DNA from: Chloroflexota bacterium
GTDB lineage: Bacteria; Chloroflexota; Limnocylindria; Limnocylindrales; CSP1-4
Direction: 5' to 3'
NCBI GenBank assembly: GCA_015478725.1
Contig: JADMIG010000002.1
Location: forward strand, 57,254-121,253
Length of the DNA: 64,000 bases
Shown here: positions 28,486 to 38,421 of the stretch, piece by piece
Layout of the letters: each line of letters begins with the position of its first letter
Numbering within the stretch: position 1 is the first letter of the stretch
Position numbers and translations under genes: made by a program
Notes under the pieces: model-generated
The model's input: the letters and a program-made list of their open reading frames with translations, nothing else
Told to the model about the DNA's origin: nothing
Database searches by the model: none

Positions 28486-28521
28486 GCAGGACCTCCAGGG
28501 GAGCGGTGACCGCGATCGCGA

Positions 28522-28752
28522 TCAGGCGGCGACGGCGAGGTGGGACGCGTCGACGACCGGCCGGCGGGAGTGAGCCGCCGCGAAGTCGAGGGTGAGCAGC
28601 TGGCGCAGCACGCCGCGGCGCGCGGCGAGCGTCGAGCATTCGAGCCAGATGACGTCGGCGTGGTCGACCGGGACAGTGGCTGCGCCGCAGTCGCAGGTGG
28701 GGGTCTCGCGCAGAGCACCCTCGATGAGCTCGAGAGCCTGATCGTTGTTCAT
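28522..28752 (-). CDS. Small hypothetical protein with CxC...C...H (possible metal ligands)
   Basis: MNNDQALELIEGALRETPTCDCGAATVPVDHADVIWLEC...H; GAGG upstream; divergent from the TetR gene. Confidence 0.6.
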   Translation of the reverse strand: MNNDQALELIEGALRETPTCDCGAATVPVDHADVIWLECSTLAARRGVLRQLLTLDFAAAHSRRPVVDASHLAVAA

Positions 28753-28774
28753 CGTCGGATGGCCTCGTTCTGGA

Positions 28775-28794
28775 GATACGGTCCGTAGCGTATC
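28775..28794. promoter_or_regulatory. Putative TetR operator palindrome
   Basis: GATACG-N8-CGTATC with nested TACGG-T-CCGTA, overlapping a TATCAT -10-like hexamer. Confidence 0.6.
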
Positions 28795-28802
28795 ATAACG
28801 AA

Positions 28803-29459
28803 ATGTACGACGAGCCGGAGACGACGACCACCCCCTCGGGCGCGCCTCCCGTGGGCGACGAGCCTGGACCGCCGACCCGCGGACGCGCCATCGGTCGGGG
28901 TCGGCCGCGGAGCGACCGAGCCCACCGGGCGATCCTCGACGCGACTCGCGAGCTGCTGGTCGCGGACGGGTTCGCGACACTCCGCCTCGAGCGCGTGGCG
29001 TCCAGGGCGGGCGTCGGGAAGACGACGATCTACCGCCGCTGGGCCACAAAGGAGGCGCTCGCCCTCGATCTCCTCATGGAGCTCGCCGGACCGCACATCG
29101 CGATCGCGGACCTGGCCGACACCCGCGAGGAGCTCACGGCCGCCGTGACGAACGCGATGCGAGCCCTGACCGAGACACCGTTCGGTCCGGTCATCCGGGC
29201 GCTCCTCTCCCAGATCGCCCGCAACCGCTCTCTCGGCGATCCGTTCCGGGCGACCGTGGTCCAGGGCCGGCGCGACGAGATCGCGAAGGTGGTCGCGCGT
29301 GGCATCGCTCGCGGCGACCTCCGGCCGGACGCCGACGTCGAGATCGCGACCGAACTGCTCGTCGGCCCGGTCTACTTCCGTCTCATTTTCGGTGGTGGGC
29401 TCACCCCGGACTTCGCGGCGAACGTGGCGGACGCCGTGTTCCGCGCCTTCCGGGTCTGA
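28803..29459 (+). CDS. TetR/AcrR-family regulator
   Basis: GRPRS...AILDATRELL...VASRAGVGKTTIYRRWATKEAL. Confidence 0.93.
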   Translation: MYDEPETTTTPSGAPPVGDEPGPPTRGRAIGRGRPRSDRAHRAILDATRELLVADGFATLRLERVASRAGVGKTTIYRRWATKEALALDLLMELAGPHIAIADLADTREELTAAVTNAMRALTETPFGPVIRALLSQIARNRSLGDPFRATVVQGRRDEIAKVVARGIARGDLRPDADVEIATELLVGPVYFRLIFGGGLTPDFAANVADAVFRAFRV

Positions 29460-29498
29460 ACCCCGGCGACCCGGCGACAGGGTGCTCTCGAAGGACCG

Positions 29499-31133
29499 TC
29501 AGCCGGTCGTCCCGGTCGTGGCGTCAGAGATCCCCTCGGGCGCGACGCGGAGCTCCTTCTGCACGGCCGGCCGACCGACACGGCGACGACGATCGTGCAG
29601 CGCGTCGTGGATCTCCGCGTGCGTCCGACCGTCGGCGGCGACGGCCGCGGCGGGATGACCGCGGACGCGCCGGGCGGCCGCGCCGGCGGCGGCCAGCGGT
29701 GGATGCACGTGCGCGTGGCCGTGCGGATCGATCGCGTACGGCATGCCAGCCGCGAACAGGTCGGTGAAGAGGTCGACGAGCTCAGGATCGAACTGGATCC
29801 CGGCGTGGCGACGGAGCTCGGCGATCGCCTGATCGTGGGTGACGCTGTCGCGATACGGACGGCCCGCGACCATTGCCTCATACGCGTCCGCGATCGCGAC
29901 GATCCGGGCGCCCACGGGGATCTCCCGGCCCGCCAGACCGTGTGGATACCCACGACCGTCGAACCATTCATGGTGGTGGAGGACGATCGTCGCCGCATCG
30001 CGGAGCGCGCCTGCCTGCTCGAGGACGACCTGGCCGATCTTCGGGTGCTCCGCGACGACGCGCCACTCCGGCTCGTCGAGCTCGCTCGGCTTGGTGAGGA
30101 TCTCGTCCGGGATGGCGAGCTTGCCGAGGTCATGGAGGAGGCTCGCCACCCTGATCCGCTCGATCTCGCCGTCCGGCAGGCCGATGGACCGAGCCAGCTC
30201 CATCGCCGCGCCGGCGATCATCGAGGAGGGTCGGCCGGCCCAGCCGGGACGCGACTCGAGGGCGGCGGTGAGTGAATCCGTCGCCGCCCCGAATGCTGCC
30301 CGCCCGACTTGCGTCGCCTGCTCCCGGGCGCCGGGAGTGATCGCGGCCCGCCGCACGAGACCGTCGTCCTCGAGCTCGTGGAACACGTAGACCTGATCGC
30401 GCCCGAGGGCCTTGGCGCTGTACATGGCGTTGTCGGCGTCGCGGACGAGGCCGGTGAGATCGAGATGGCCCCCGAACCCACCGGCGACGCCGGCCGAGAG
30501 GGTGATCGAGGCCGCGGAACCGTCCTCGAGGACGACGCTCCGGCGGGCGACGTTGCGACGAAGCTTCTCCGCGAGCGAGGCGGCCGCGTCGACGTCCGTC
30601 TCGGGCAGGATGACCATGAACTCCTCGCCGCCGTAGCGGCCGACCATGTCGATCGCCCGGACGCTCGTTCGAAGCGCATCCGAAATCTCACGCAGGACGA
30701 GGTCGCCCGCCGCGTGACCGTGGGAGTCGTTCAGGCGCTTGAAGTGGTCCAGGTCGACGATGATGAGCGAGAGCTGATGCCCGTAGCGCGCCGCCCGCTC
30801 GATCTCCGCCTCGAGGCGCGTGAGGAGCGCCTGGCGATTGAGGACACCAGTGAGCGGATCGACCGTCGCGAGCGTCCACGCCTCCGTCACCCGTTCGGCG
30901 AGTCGACCGAAGCTCGCCCGAAGCCGCGGATCCTCGATGCCCTTTGCCCCGACGAGATGGCGCGCGTCCGTCGCCGCGACGAGGCGCTCCGTGAGCCTGG
31001 CGATCCGGCGGGTCTGGCGCCGTCCCACGGTCAGGGCATAGCCCGCGGTCCCGATCAGCGCGCCAATGAAGCCGACCGCGAGCCCGGCCACCGCGAGGGT
31101 GAGGCCAGGCGCGAAGTCGACGTGGTCCAGCAT
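29499..31133 (-). CDS. Membrane-anchored diguanylate cyclase (GGEEF) / HD-GYP phosphodiesterase
   Basis: N-terminal TM helix, DPLTG, DLDHFKRLND, GRYGGEEF, LLHDLGK and HHHEWFDGRGYP. Confidence 0.92.
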   Translation of the reverse strand: MLDHVDFAPGLTLAVAGLAVGFIGALIGTAGYALTVGRRQTRRIARLTERLVAATDARHLVGAKGIEDPRLRASFGRLAERVTEAWTLATVDPLTGVLNRQALLTRLEAEIERAARYGHQLSLIIVDLDHFKRLNDSHGHAAGDLVLREISDALRTSVRAIDMVGRYGGEEFMVILPETDVDAAASLAEKLRRNVARRSVVLEDGSAASITLSAGVAGGFGGHLDLTGLVRDADNAMYSAKALGRDQVYVFHELEDDGLVRRAAITPGAREQATQVGRAAFGAATDSLTAALESRPGWAGRPSSMIAGAAMELARSIGLPDGEIERIRVASLLHDLGKLAIPDEILTKPSELDEPEWRVVAEHPKIGQVVLEQAGALRDAATIVLHHHEWFDGRGYPHGLAGREIPVGARIVAIADAYEAMVAGRPYRDSVTHDQAIAELRRHAGIQFDPELVDLFTDLFAAGMPYAIDPHGHAHVHPPLAAAGAAARRVRGHPAAAVAADGRTHAEIHDALHDRRRRVGRPAVQKELRVAPEGISDATTGTTG

Positions 31134-31274
31134 GTCTTGTTGAGGATCCCCCGGCGGAGTGATCGTGCCGACGTGGCTGCACGACGGATGTTCGACCCGG
31201 GCGGAGCCGGGGACCATAGCGCGATGGTCCGGGCAGGTACCCGACCCGGGCGGTCCGACTCGACGGCCCGAGGC

Positions 31275-32027
31275 TCACTCGATGGTGAGGGACCCACGAG
31301 CGAGGACGGTCGCGTCGGCACTCACGAGGACGTGCTGCCATCGTCGCCCGTCGCTCTGCCAGGAGCGAGCCTGCAGCTCGGAGCCGAGCGAGGCGGGCGC
31401 CAGGTACTCGATCCGATAGCGGCGCGGTTCCGCCGCGAGTGCCGCGCCGCCGCCGGCCGCAGCGATCGCCTCCTCCATCCACTCGAGATAGCTCGCGTTG
31501 TTCGCGTGTCGGAACGGATCGATCTCGTGCGGCCGGACGGTGAACGACGACGCGGACGCCCCGGCGGGCGGGGCGACCGCATCGAAGCGGGTCGGGACGA
31601 ACCCCGCCGGTGGGACGGCGAACAGGGCCGGGAACTCGTCGGGGATGCGGGTCGGCATCCCGCGAGCCACCCCGGTCATGACCCAGTCCGTGAGGACTGT
31701 GGCGGCGAGGTCGCCGTTCGGCAGTGTGACGTCCGTTCGTCGGCGTGCCATGACCCGCCGGAAGCCGGTGACCTGCATCGTGACCGTCGCGGTCGTCCCC
31801 ATCGAGATCGGTTCGCGGACCTCGAGGTCGAGCCCGCGGACGAGCCAGGCAAGGCCGCGATCCGCGTACCACTCCCGTCCGAACCCGAGCCGTTCCGAAT
31901 GGATCCAGGCCGCATCCTGGGTCCAGCGGAGGAGCGTCCCGGCGCGGATCGCCGCATCCGGACCGCACTCGTCGAAACGGGCGCGATAGGGGATCGTCGC
32001 CGATGCGTGCTCCTCGGAATCGCTCAC
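31275..32027 (-). CDS. Acyl-ACP thioesterase (double hot-dog) family protein
   Basis: YRARFDEC, AWLVR and VRPHEIDPFRHANNASYLEW. Confidence 0.85.
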   Translation of the reverse strand: MSDSEEHASATIPYRARFDECGPDAAIRAGTLLRWTQDAAWIHSERLGFGREWYADRGLAWLVRGLDLEVREPISMGTTATVTMQVTGFRRVMARRRTDVTLPNGDLAATVLTDWVMTGVARGMPTRIPDEFPALFAVPPAGFVPTRFDAVAPPAGASASSFTVRPHEIDPFRHANNASYLEWMEEAIAAAGGGAALAAEPRRYRIEYLAPASLGSELQARSWQSDGRRWQHVLVSADATVLARGSLTIE

Positions 32028-32692
32028 GCTGGTGCACCGGCCAGGCGGGCGAGGGTTTCGATCGTCACGATCCTGGTCCCGGCGTGCGGCTCCGTGCGGC
32101 CGGCGAGACGGACCCGGCAGGCGAGTCGCGTGTCGAAGACAACCAAGAATACGGCGAGACGCTCGTCCTCGTCGGCGGCATGGGAGCGGGCGTCGTCGAG
32201 CTGATGGAGGACGTCGCCATCGATGCCGCGGGCGCTCCATTTGCAGTCGAAGGCCTCCGCCCTGCCCGGCAGCTCGACCGTGACGTCGTACGGATGGATC
32301 TCCGCCCGGACGCCGTCGAAGAGGATGCGACGCTCCCGGCGCACGGCCGAGCGCGGACCGCCGTTCGCGGTGAGACGACGGGCGAGGAGCAGCTCCGTGA
32401 CGGCCTCAACGACCGCGCCGCGGAACTGGCTGCGGACCTGCTCGCCCCTGGCCGCCACCTCGAGCGATGCGCCGAGGAGCGCTTCGGACCGCTCGTCCGG
32501 GAAGCAGGTCGGTACCATCTCCCGCCAGAACGACGGGTCGGACGATTCCCCGTTCATCACCGCCCTCGCGAGGACGAGTTGCGCCGGCGACGCGTGCGCC
32601 ATGAGTTCGGCGAGGCGAGCGACGAGCGGGTCGGCCTGGATCCCCGAATACACGACCGCTCGGGCGTCCGGTGACGCGTCCTGGAAGCGCAC
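32024..32692 (-). CDS. Hypothetical protein with a PD-(D/E)xK-like motif
   Basis: GAVVE...HPYDVTV...AFDCKW; translationally coupled to the thioesterase. Confidence 0.6.
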   Translation of the reverse strand: MRFQDASPDARAVVYSGIQADPLVARLAELMAHASPAQLVLARAVMNGESSDPSFWREMVPTCFPDERSEALLGASLEVAARGEQVRSQFRGAVVEAVTELLLARRLTANGGPRSAVRRERRILFDGVRAEIHPYDVTVELPGRAEAFDCKWSARGIDGDVLHQLDDARSHAADEDERLAVFLVVFDTRLACRVRLAGRTEPHAGTRIVTIETLARLAGAPA

Positions 32693-32696
32693 CGGC

Positions 32697-33026
32697 TCAG
32701 GCGGCCGGCGCGCGTGACGCGGGACCGCCGACCGGCTCGTCGAGCGCGAGCGCGACGAGGTCCGGGAACGTGGAGAGCCAGTCGATCGCCCGATGCGGAT
32801 CGGCGATCCGGCCGGCCTCCTCGATCGCGAGGCGGATGGCGGCGGCGCGATCCGTGGCGAGTCGCTCGCCCGCTCGTCGATCCGCGATCTCGTCGAGCCT
32901 TCGTCGCTGAGCGGCGGCCAGGTCCGTCACGTAGGTCCACGCATCGTCGATCGCCTCGCCGAGCGATTCGAGTCCAGCGACGGTCTCGACCGCCGCGGCG
33001 ACGAGGTCTTCGATGGGTTCGCTCAC
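32697..33026 (-). CDS. Hypothetical helical protein
   Basis: Protein-like composition (...IADPHRAIDWLSTFPDLVALAL) and operon position. Confidence 0.6.
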   Translation of the reverse strand: MSEPIEDLVAAAVETVAGLESLGEAIDDAWTYVTDLAAAQRRRLDEIADRRAGERLATDRAAAIRLAIEEAGRIADPHRAIDWLSTFPDLVALALDEPVGGPASRAPAA

Positions 33027-33129
33027 CGGATGAGCGTATCCGAACCGGCGACGGGGGGATCTCGAGAGAGGCAGGCTGGTCGTCGGGAGGTGATCGCCGG
33101 GACGTGATCGTCGGGACCTGATCGTCCGG

Positions 33130-33405
33130 TCAGCGATCTCGCGGCAGGAGAACCGTCCGCCTGCCGATCGCGAAGCGGCGCCCGTCGGCCGGCTCCCGGT
33201 CGAGGTCGCGACGAGCCCTCGCGGCAAGGTCGACGAGGGTCGTCCGATGCGCCCCATCCCACGCGGCCGAGTATGCCGCGATCGCCTGCCGCCGGATCGC
33301 GGCTGCGACCTCCCGTTCGCCGCGCCGCTCGAGTGCAGCGACTCGGTCGAGGACGGCACGGTACAGTGCCGGGAACTCGTCGTTCGGGGAAAACTGGGCG
33401 GGCAT
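33130..33405 (-). CDS. Small hypothetical protein
   Basis: MPAQFSPNDEFPALYRAVLDRVAALERRG...AYSAAWD. Confidence 0.55.
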   Translation of the reverse strand: MPAQFSPNDEFPALYRAVLDRVAALERRGEREVAAAIRRQAIAAYSAAWDGAHRTTLVDLAARARRDLDREPADGRRFAIGRRTVLLPRDR

Positions 33406-33521
33406 GCGTCGAGCATGACCGGTCGCCGCCCCGGACTCGATAGGGAAGTGGTCAGGCGACGGCCGCCGAAGGGACCACCGGCCGGTGCCTCTCGGCACCT
33501 CCCGGTGTCGGATCGTGATGA

Positions 33522-34328
33522 ATGGAGGCGATCTCGGTGGATCTCGGACTCTCGGGCCGCGGCGCTATCGTGGGTGGCGCCTCGTCCGGACTCGGCCTGG
33601 CGAGCGCCGAGGCGCTCGCTGCGGAAGGCTGCCGGCTCGTCCTCTGGTCGCGCGGCGGTCCGGGGCTCGACGATGCCGCCACGATGCTCCGAACCCGGCA
33701 TCGCGTCGAGGTCGCCACGGTCGCGGCGGACGCTGCGGACCCGGAAGCGGCCTCGATCGTCGCCGCAGCCGCCCGATCCGCGCTCGGTGACGTCGACATC
33801 GTGGTGCTCAACGCGGGTGGGCCTCCACCGGTCGACCCGACCGCCACGGACCCGGCCGGGTGGGCACGCGCGTTCCAGCTCCTCGCCACGACCCCGATCG
33901 AACTCGCGACGCATCTCCTGCCCGGGATGCAGGCGCGAAGCTGGGGACGGATCGTCGCGATCCTCTCATCGGGGATCCGGCAGCCGATCCCCGATCTCGT
34001 CTACTCGAATGCGGGTCGCAGCGCACTCATGGCCTGGCTCAAGACGACGGCGCGCGGCGTCGCCAGCGGCGGCGTGACGATCAACGGCGTCGTGCCGGGT
34101 CGCCTCGAGACGCCGCGGATCGTCTCCCTCGACCGCGGCCGGGCTGAGCGGACCGGCGAGACGGAGGAGGCGGTCCGGGCCTCCCACCTGGCAACGATCC
34201 CGGCCGGACGCTACGGCCGCCCTGACGAGCTCGCGAGCCTCGTCGCGTACCTGTGTTCGGAGCGGGCGAGCTACCAGACGGGCACATTCAGCGCCGTGGA
34301 CGGCGGCCTCATCGCCGGCCTCCCGTGA
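33522..34328 (+). CDS. SDR oxidoreductase (3-oxoacyl-ACP reductase-like)
   Basis: GGASSGLG, VLNAGGPP, SNAGR and IPAGRYG. Confidence 0.88.
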   Translation: MEAISVDLGLSGRGAIVGGASSGLGLASAEALAAEGCRLVLWSRGGPGLDDAATMLRTRHRVEVATVAADAADPEAASIVAAAARSALGDVDIVVLNAGGPPPVDPTATDPAGWARAFQLLATTPIELATHLLPGMQARSWGRIVAILSSGIRQPIPDLVYSNAGRSALMAWLKTTARGVASGGVTINGVVPGRLETPRIVSLDRGRAERTGETEEAVRASHLATIPAGRYGRPDELASLVAYLCSERASYQTGTFSAVDGGLIAGLP

Positions 34329-34370
34329 GGCTCCGCCCACGTTGGATCGAGGGCCACCGGGACTGACTGG

Positions 34371-34688
34371 TCAGTCCCCCGAGTGTGCGCCGGAGCGGAT
34401 GGCGAACCGCTCGAACGTTCCGCTCGCCGGCTGCCATACGACACGCACCGCGTCCACCTGCCCTCCGAGCGGGCCGCGCTCGAGGTCCCCGACGAGCGCC
34501 TCGAGCGCCTCGAGCGGACCCTCCGCAACGCAGTGTACGGAGCCGTCGATGTCGTTCGCGACCCAGCCGACGAGCCCTCGCCCGATCGCCGCGTCGCGGG
34601 CGAAGAACCGAAAGCCGACGCCCTGGACGCGACCCACGACCGTCGCCTCCAGCCGGACTGCCGACCCGTCCGGGTGTCGCCCGCTCAC
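34371..34688 (-). CDS. acyP: Acylphosphatase
   Basis: GRVQGVGFR and GWVAN..DGSV. Confidence 0.93.
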   Translation of the reverse strand: MSGRHPDGSAVRLEATVVGRVQGVGFRFFARDAAIGRGLVGWVANDIDGSVHCVAEGPLEALEALVGDLERGPLGGQVDAVRVVWQPASGTFERFAIRSGAHSGD

Positions 34689-35953
34689 GCCGCGCGAGGA
34701 GGTCGGATCGACGGCCAGGCGAGAGCGAGTGAATCGACCGCCAGTTCCGGACTCGCGTTCCCGAGGACGGCCGTCGCCGCTCGATCGAGGCGGACGAGGA
34801 AGTCAGCGAGCGAGCGGGGGGCGATCCGCCCGGCGATCGCGACGATCTCCTCGAGGAGCGTCGGATCGTGGAGCCGGCGGACGTCGCCCTGGGCGGCGCG
34901 CGCCAGGTCCAGGGCGATGTCGCGCCATGCGTCGAACAGGGCCAGCGCGGCCCGGCGCCGCTCGGCGGCCGGTACGGACCTGGTGGTCGATCCGTCCGCC
35001 GTCGGATCTGCGGCTGGAGACCCGATCGGTGCGCCATCAGCGCTCGCCGCGTCGCTCGCCGTCGCGGCACGATCGGCGTCCTGCCGGGGCGCGCGACGAC
35101 CGCGAGACGAGGGCCCGGCCCCCACGAGGCCCCCGACGAGTGCCGCGTCGAGGACGGCCGCCCGGCCGAGAAGACCGCGGACGACCGAGAGCCGGCCCGT
35201 CGGAGCGGCGGACAGAAGGTCGAGCAGGCCGCGATCGATCTCGCCACGCACCATGACCACCTCCGGAGCGACGGCGTAAGCGTGGGCGATGCCCGGTCGA
35301 CCGCCGGCGAGCCTCGCGAGACGGGACGCCGTCGGCGGATCGGCTATCTCGAGGTCGGCGAGCCAGCGCTCGATCTCGCGCGTGGCGACGGTCCCGAGCC
35401 GGATCCGGGCGCAGCGCGAGCGGATCGTCGGCAGGAGCCGATCCTCATCGTCCGCCGCGAGGATGAGGTGGACGCCGGGCGGAGGCTCCTCGAGGAGCTT
35501 CAACAGCGCGTTCTGGGCATCCTCGTTCATCCGATGGGCGCCCTCGACGAGCGCCACCCTGGCTCCTCCCTCGAGCGGCGACAGCGCGAGCTCGCTGGTC
35601 AGCTCACGGATGCCGGGCCGCGGGTCGGTCGGCGTGGCGGCGATCCTGATCTGGTTCCCGGCCCCGCCCGGGCTGAGCCGGTGGAGGTCGGGGTGGTTGC
35701 CGTGGGCGACGAGCCGGCACGCCCGACACGACCGACAGGGTCTGACCGCCGACCCGCTGGCTCCGCAGAGCAGGAGTGCCCCGATGTCGAGCGCGAGCGT
35801 CGTCTTGCCGACCGACGGCGGTCCGACGATGAGGAGCGCGTGCGGGAACCCACGCCTCGCCATCGCCCGGACGGCGCGGACGGCGGCCGGCTGCCCGCGT
35901 GTGAGCATGCCGGCCCCCGGGTCGTCGTCCGTCGTCGAGCGCGCCGGTCTCAC
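34685..35953 (-). CDS. holB: DNA polymerase III delta' subunit
   Basis: HALLIVGPPSVGKT, CxxCxxC, NHPDL, AQNALLKLLEEPP and PTIRSRC; start at 35953 or 35908. Confidence 0.9.
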   Translation of the reverse strand: MRPARSTTDDDPGAGMLTRGQPAAVRAVRAMARRGFPHALLIVGPPSVGKTTLALDIGALLLCGASGSAVRPCRSCRACRLVAHGNHPDLHRLSPGGAGNQIRIAATPTDPRPGIRELTSELALSPLEGGARVALVEGAHRMNEDAQNALLKLLEEPPPGVHLILAADDEDRLLPTIRSRCARIRLGTVATREIERWLADLEIADPPTASRLARLAGGRPGIAHAYAVAPEVVMVRGEIDRGLLDLLSAAPTGRLSVVRGLLGRAAVLDAALVGGLVGAGPSSRGRRAPRQDADRAATASDAASADGAPIGSPAADPTADGSTTRSVPAAERRRAALALFDAWRDIALDLARAAQGDVRRLHDPTLLEEIVAIAGRIAPRSLADFLVRLDRAATAVLGNASPELAVDSLALAWPSIRPPRAA

Positions 35954-35966
35954 GCGCCGACCACCC

Positions 35967-37895
35967 TCAGCCCTCGGTCGGCACGGCCTTCGCGCGCACG
36001 GCGCGCCGCCTCGCAGCCGTCGGCACGGCAGTGTCCGGAGGCAGCGACGCGGCCGGCGCGTCGACGGCCGAGGCCGTCCCGGGCGCCTTCGCCCGTGTGG
36101 CGCGACGCCTGGCCACCGGCTGGTCGCCCGCGGCGGCGGACGACGAGGCGGGCACGTTCGACTCGTTGGCCGGCGTTGCGGAGGTCCTGGCCCGCGTCGT
36201 CCGTGGCCGTGTCGGTGCCAGCTCGGCGGTGGTCGAGGCGGATCCGGCGGCGCTCGTCCGCTCCGCGATCGCAGCGGTCATCGGGACCGCGTCGACCGGC
36301 TCCGCCGAAACACGGGGTCGTCGCGGACCGCGAGCCTTCGGGGTGGCCACATCGGTCTCGGTGGCAGGCACCGGCATCGCGCTCCCGGCCGCGGGCGTGC
36401 GTCCGGATGGGCGAGGTCGGTTCCCGGCGCCCACAGCCAGCTGGGCGCGCAGCATCGCCTCGAGCTCCGGTGGGACCTCGCTCCAGCCTTCGCCCGGTCG
36501 CGGCGCACCACCGATGCGATCCGGTCGATCGCTTCGGCCCGGGCCCTGACCCGGGCCGCGTTCGTCGCGCCGTCCGACGTCGCGACGGACGCCCTCGGTT
36601 CGAGCGACGGTGCGGCCACTCACGTCCGGATACCGATTGATTCCGCCGGTGAGACCGCCTCCGCTCCGGTTGCCGAATCGCTCCCGGTCGACCGCTGCGG
36701 CATACCCGCTCCGGACGCCGCGCGCACCGCCCGTCCGACCGACGGAACGCGTCCCCCCGTGCCGCTCGGCGATGAGGTATTCCGGGATCGCCGGCTCGTC
36801 GTCGAATTCCTCGTCGAGGGCTGCGTCCCGCCGCGGGCTCGATGTCTGGCGCTGACCGAGCTGGGAGTCCCAGACCGATCCGAACGCCGCCGGCTTCGCC
36901 GTGCGAGGCGCGACCGGCTGCTCCGCGGCGAGGATCTCCACACCACGATCGTCCTGCTCCACCGTCGAGCCTGGTGGGACGAGCTCTCCTTCGGCCCGTC
37001 CTCGCCCCCGGCCGCGGCCCCGCCCGCCGCGACGACGACGCCGCCGGCCGTCCTCCCCGAGGATCTCGTCCGCTGGCTCCGTTCGCTCCTCGACGACGTC
37101 CTCCGGACCAGCGACGACGTCGGCGACCGGCCGGACGCGCGACAGCTTCTCGCCGGGCAGGGCGACCATCGCCGGCCGTGCGATCGCGGCGGTGGATCCT
37201 TCGTCCGCGACAGGAGCTGGCCGACTGCGTCCTCGACCGGACGCCCGCTCGGCCGCGACCGGACGCTCGGCCGCGACCGGACGCTCGCCTTCGGTCGCGC
37301 GACCGCGTCGGCCGCGGCCGCGACCCGCTCCCGTCCCCTCAGTCTGCTTGTCCGGCACCTCAGTCATGGACAGATCCTCGTCGTCCGTGGCGACGCGTCG
37401 TCCGGATCGCGACGATCCCTTCTCGACCTTTGCGATCTGGGTGATGTCCGTGAAGAGGTCGGCGACCTCCATGAGGTCCGACGAGGTGTTGCCGCGAAAG
37501 CTGATGACCTCGCAGCGGACGCCCATCTCCTGGACCGCCCGGATGGCCGGGGCGAAGTCCCCGTCGCCGGACACGACGATGGCGATGTCGAGGTTGCGGG
37601 CCGTCTTCATCATGTCGACGACGAGCTCGATGTCGAGATTCGCCTTGACTTTCCCGTCACCATACTTGCGGATGTCCTTGCTCACGACCTTGTAGCCGTG
37701 GCGACGGAGGAAGTCGTGGAAGTTCCGCTGATTCTCGTTGTCAGGATCGAGGCCCGTATAGGCGTACGCCCGCACGAGATCCCGCCCGGCGGTCGCCGAC
37801 TTGAGCATCGTCACGTAATCGATGTCGACGCCGGCCGACTTGGCCGCATAGAAGATGTTCGCCACGTCCACGAAGACGGCGACGTTCTTGCCCAC
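35967..37895 (-). CDS. NYN-domain (LabA/DUF88) protein with a long disordered C-terminal tail
   Basis: VFVDVANI, KANLDIELVVD, SGDGDF and ADLFTDI, followed by a ~470-aa Arg/Gly/Ala/Pro-rich tail. Confidence 0.88.
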   Translation of the reverse strand: MGKNVAVFVDVANIFYAAKSAGVDIDYVTMLKSATAGRDLVRAYAYTGLDPDNENQRNFHDFLRRHGYKVVSKDIRKYGDGKVKANLDIELVVDMMKTARNLDIAIVVSGDGDFAPAIRAVQEMGVRCEVISFRGNTSSDLMEVADLFTDITQIAKVEKGSSRSGRRVATDDEDLSMTEVPDKQTEGTGAGRGRGRRGRATEGERPVAAERPVAAERASGRGRSRPAPVADEGSTAAIARPAMVALPGEKLSRVRPVADVVAGPEDVVEERTEPADEILGEDGRRRRRRGGRGRGRGRGRAEGELVPPGSTVEQDDRGVEILAAEQPVAPRTAKPAAFGSVWDSQLGQRQTSSPRRDAALDEEFDDEPAIPEYLIAERHGGTRSVGRTGGARGVRSGYAAAVDRERFGNRSGGGLTGGINRYPDVSGRTVARTEGVRRDVGRRDERGPGQGPGRSDRPDRIGGAPRPGEGWSEVPPELEAMLRAQLAVGAGNRPRPSGRTPAAGSAMPVPATETDVATPKARGPRRPRVSAEPVDAVPMTAAIAERTSAAGSASTTAELAPTRPRTTRARTSATPANESNVPASSSAAAGDQPVARRRATRAKAPGTASAVDAPAASLPPDTAVPTAARRRAVRAKAVPTEG

Positions 37896-37956
37896 TCTGA
37901 CTCCTCAGGGCTGTATGGGGCCGGCGCGATGACCGCTGCTCGGCGTCCCGGATGGT

Positions 37957-38421
37957 TCAGCTGCGACGCGCGACGGCCTTCGTCACGGCCACGGATCGAC
38001 TCATGCTCGGACCGGCATCGATGAATCCCTTGTCCTCCCACCGGGTCCGCTCGGCGGGATCGTCGGGTCGCGGCGCCTCGACCTCGGCGCAGGCCTTGTT
38101 GCGCGCCGACCGGAGGATCTCCTCGAGGAGCGCCCCCGTCACTCGGTCGACGTCGTGTCCCGGATCGACGACGAACAGGTCCACCACACCGACGAAACCG
38201 CCGGCGCGGACGGACGGCCGGAGCGCGAGGACCGCGCCGCCGACCATCTCGCGTCGCGCTTCCGCGACGATGACACTGGCCTGCGGCAGGTAGACGAGCT
38301 GGCGCAGGAGGTCCGCCGCGGCGAGCGGACCCGACCCCTCGGTCGCCCACGAGGAGACCTCGCAGAGCGCGACGAGCCGGTCGATGTCCGTGATGCGGGC
38401 CGCTCGGACCTGATATTCCAC
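37957..38421 (-). CDS. GNAT-family acetyltransferase
   Basis: VRAARITDI...VVDLFVVDPG...ALLEEILRSAR...WEDKGF. Confidence 0.7.
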   Translation of the reverse strand: MEYQVRAARITDIDRLVALCEVSSWATEGSGPLAAADLLRQLVYLPQASVIVAEARREMVGGAVLALRPSVRAGGFVGVVDLFVVDPGHDVDRVTGALLEEILRSARNKACAEVEAPRPDDPAERTRWEDKGFIDAGPSMSRSVAVTKAVARRS

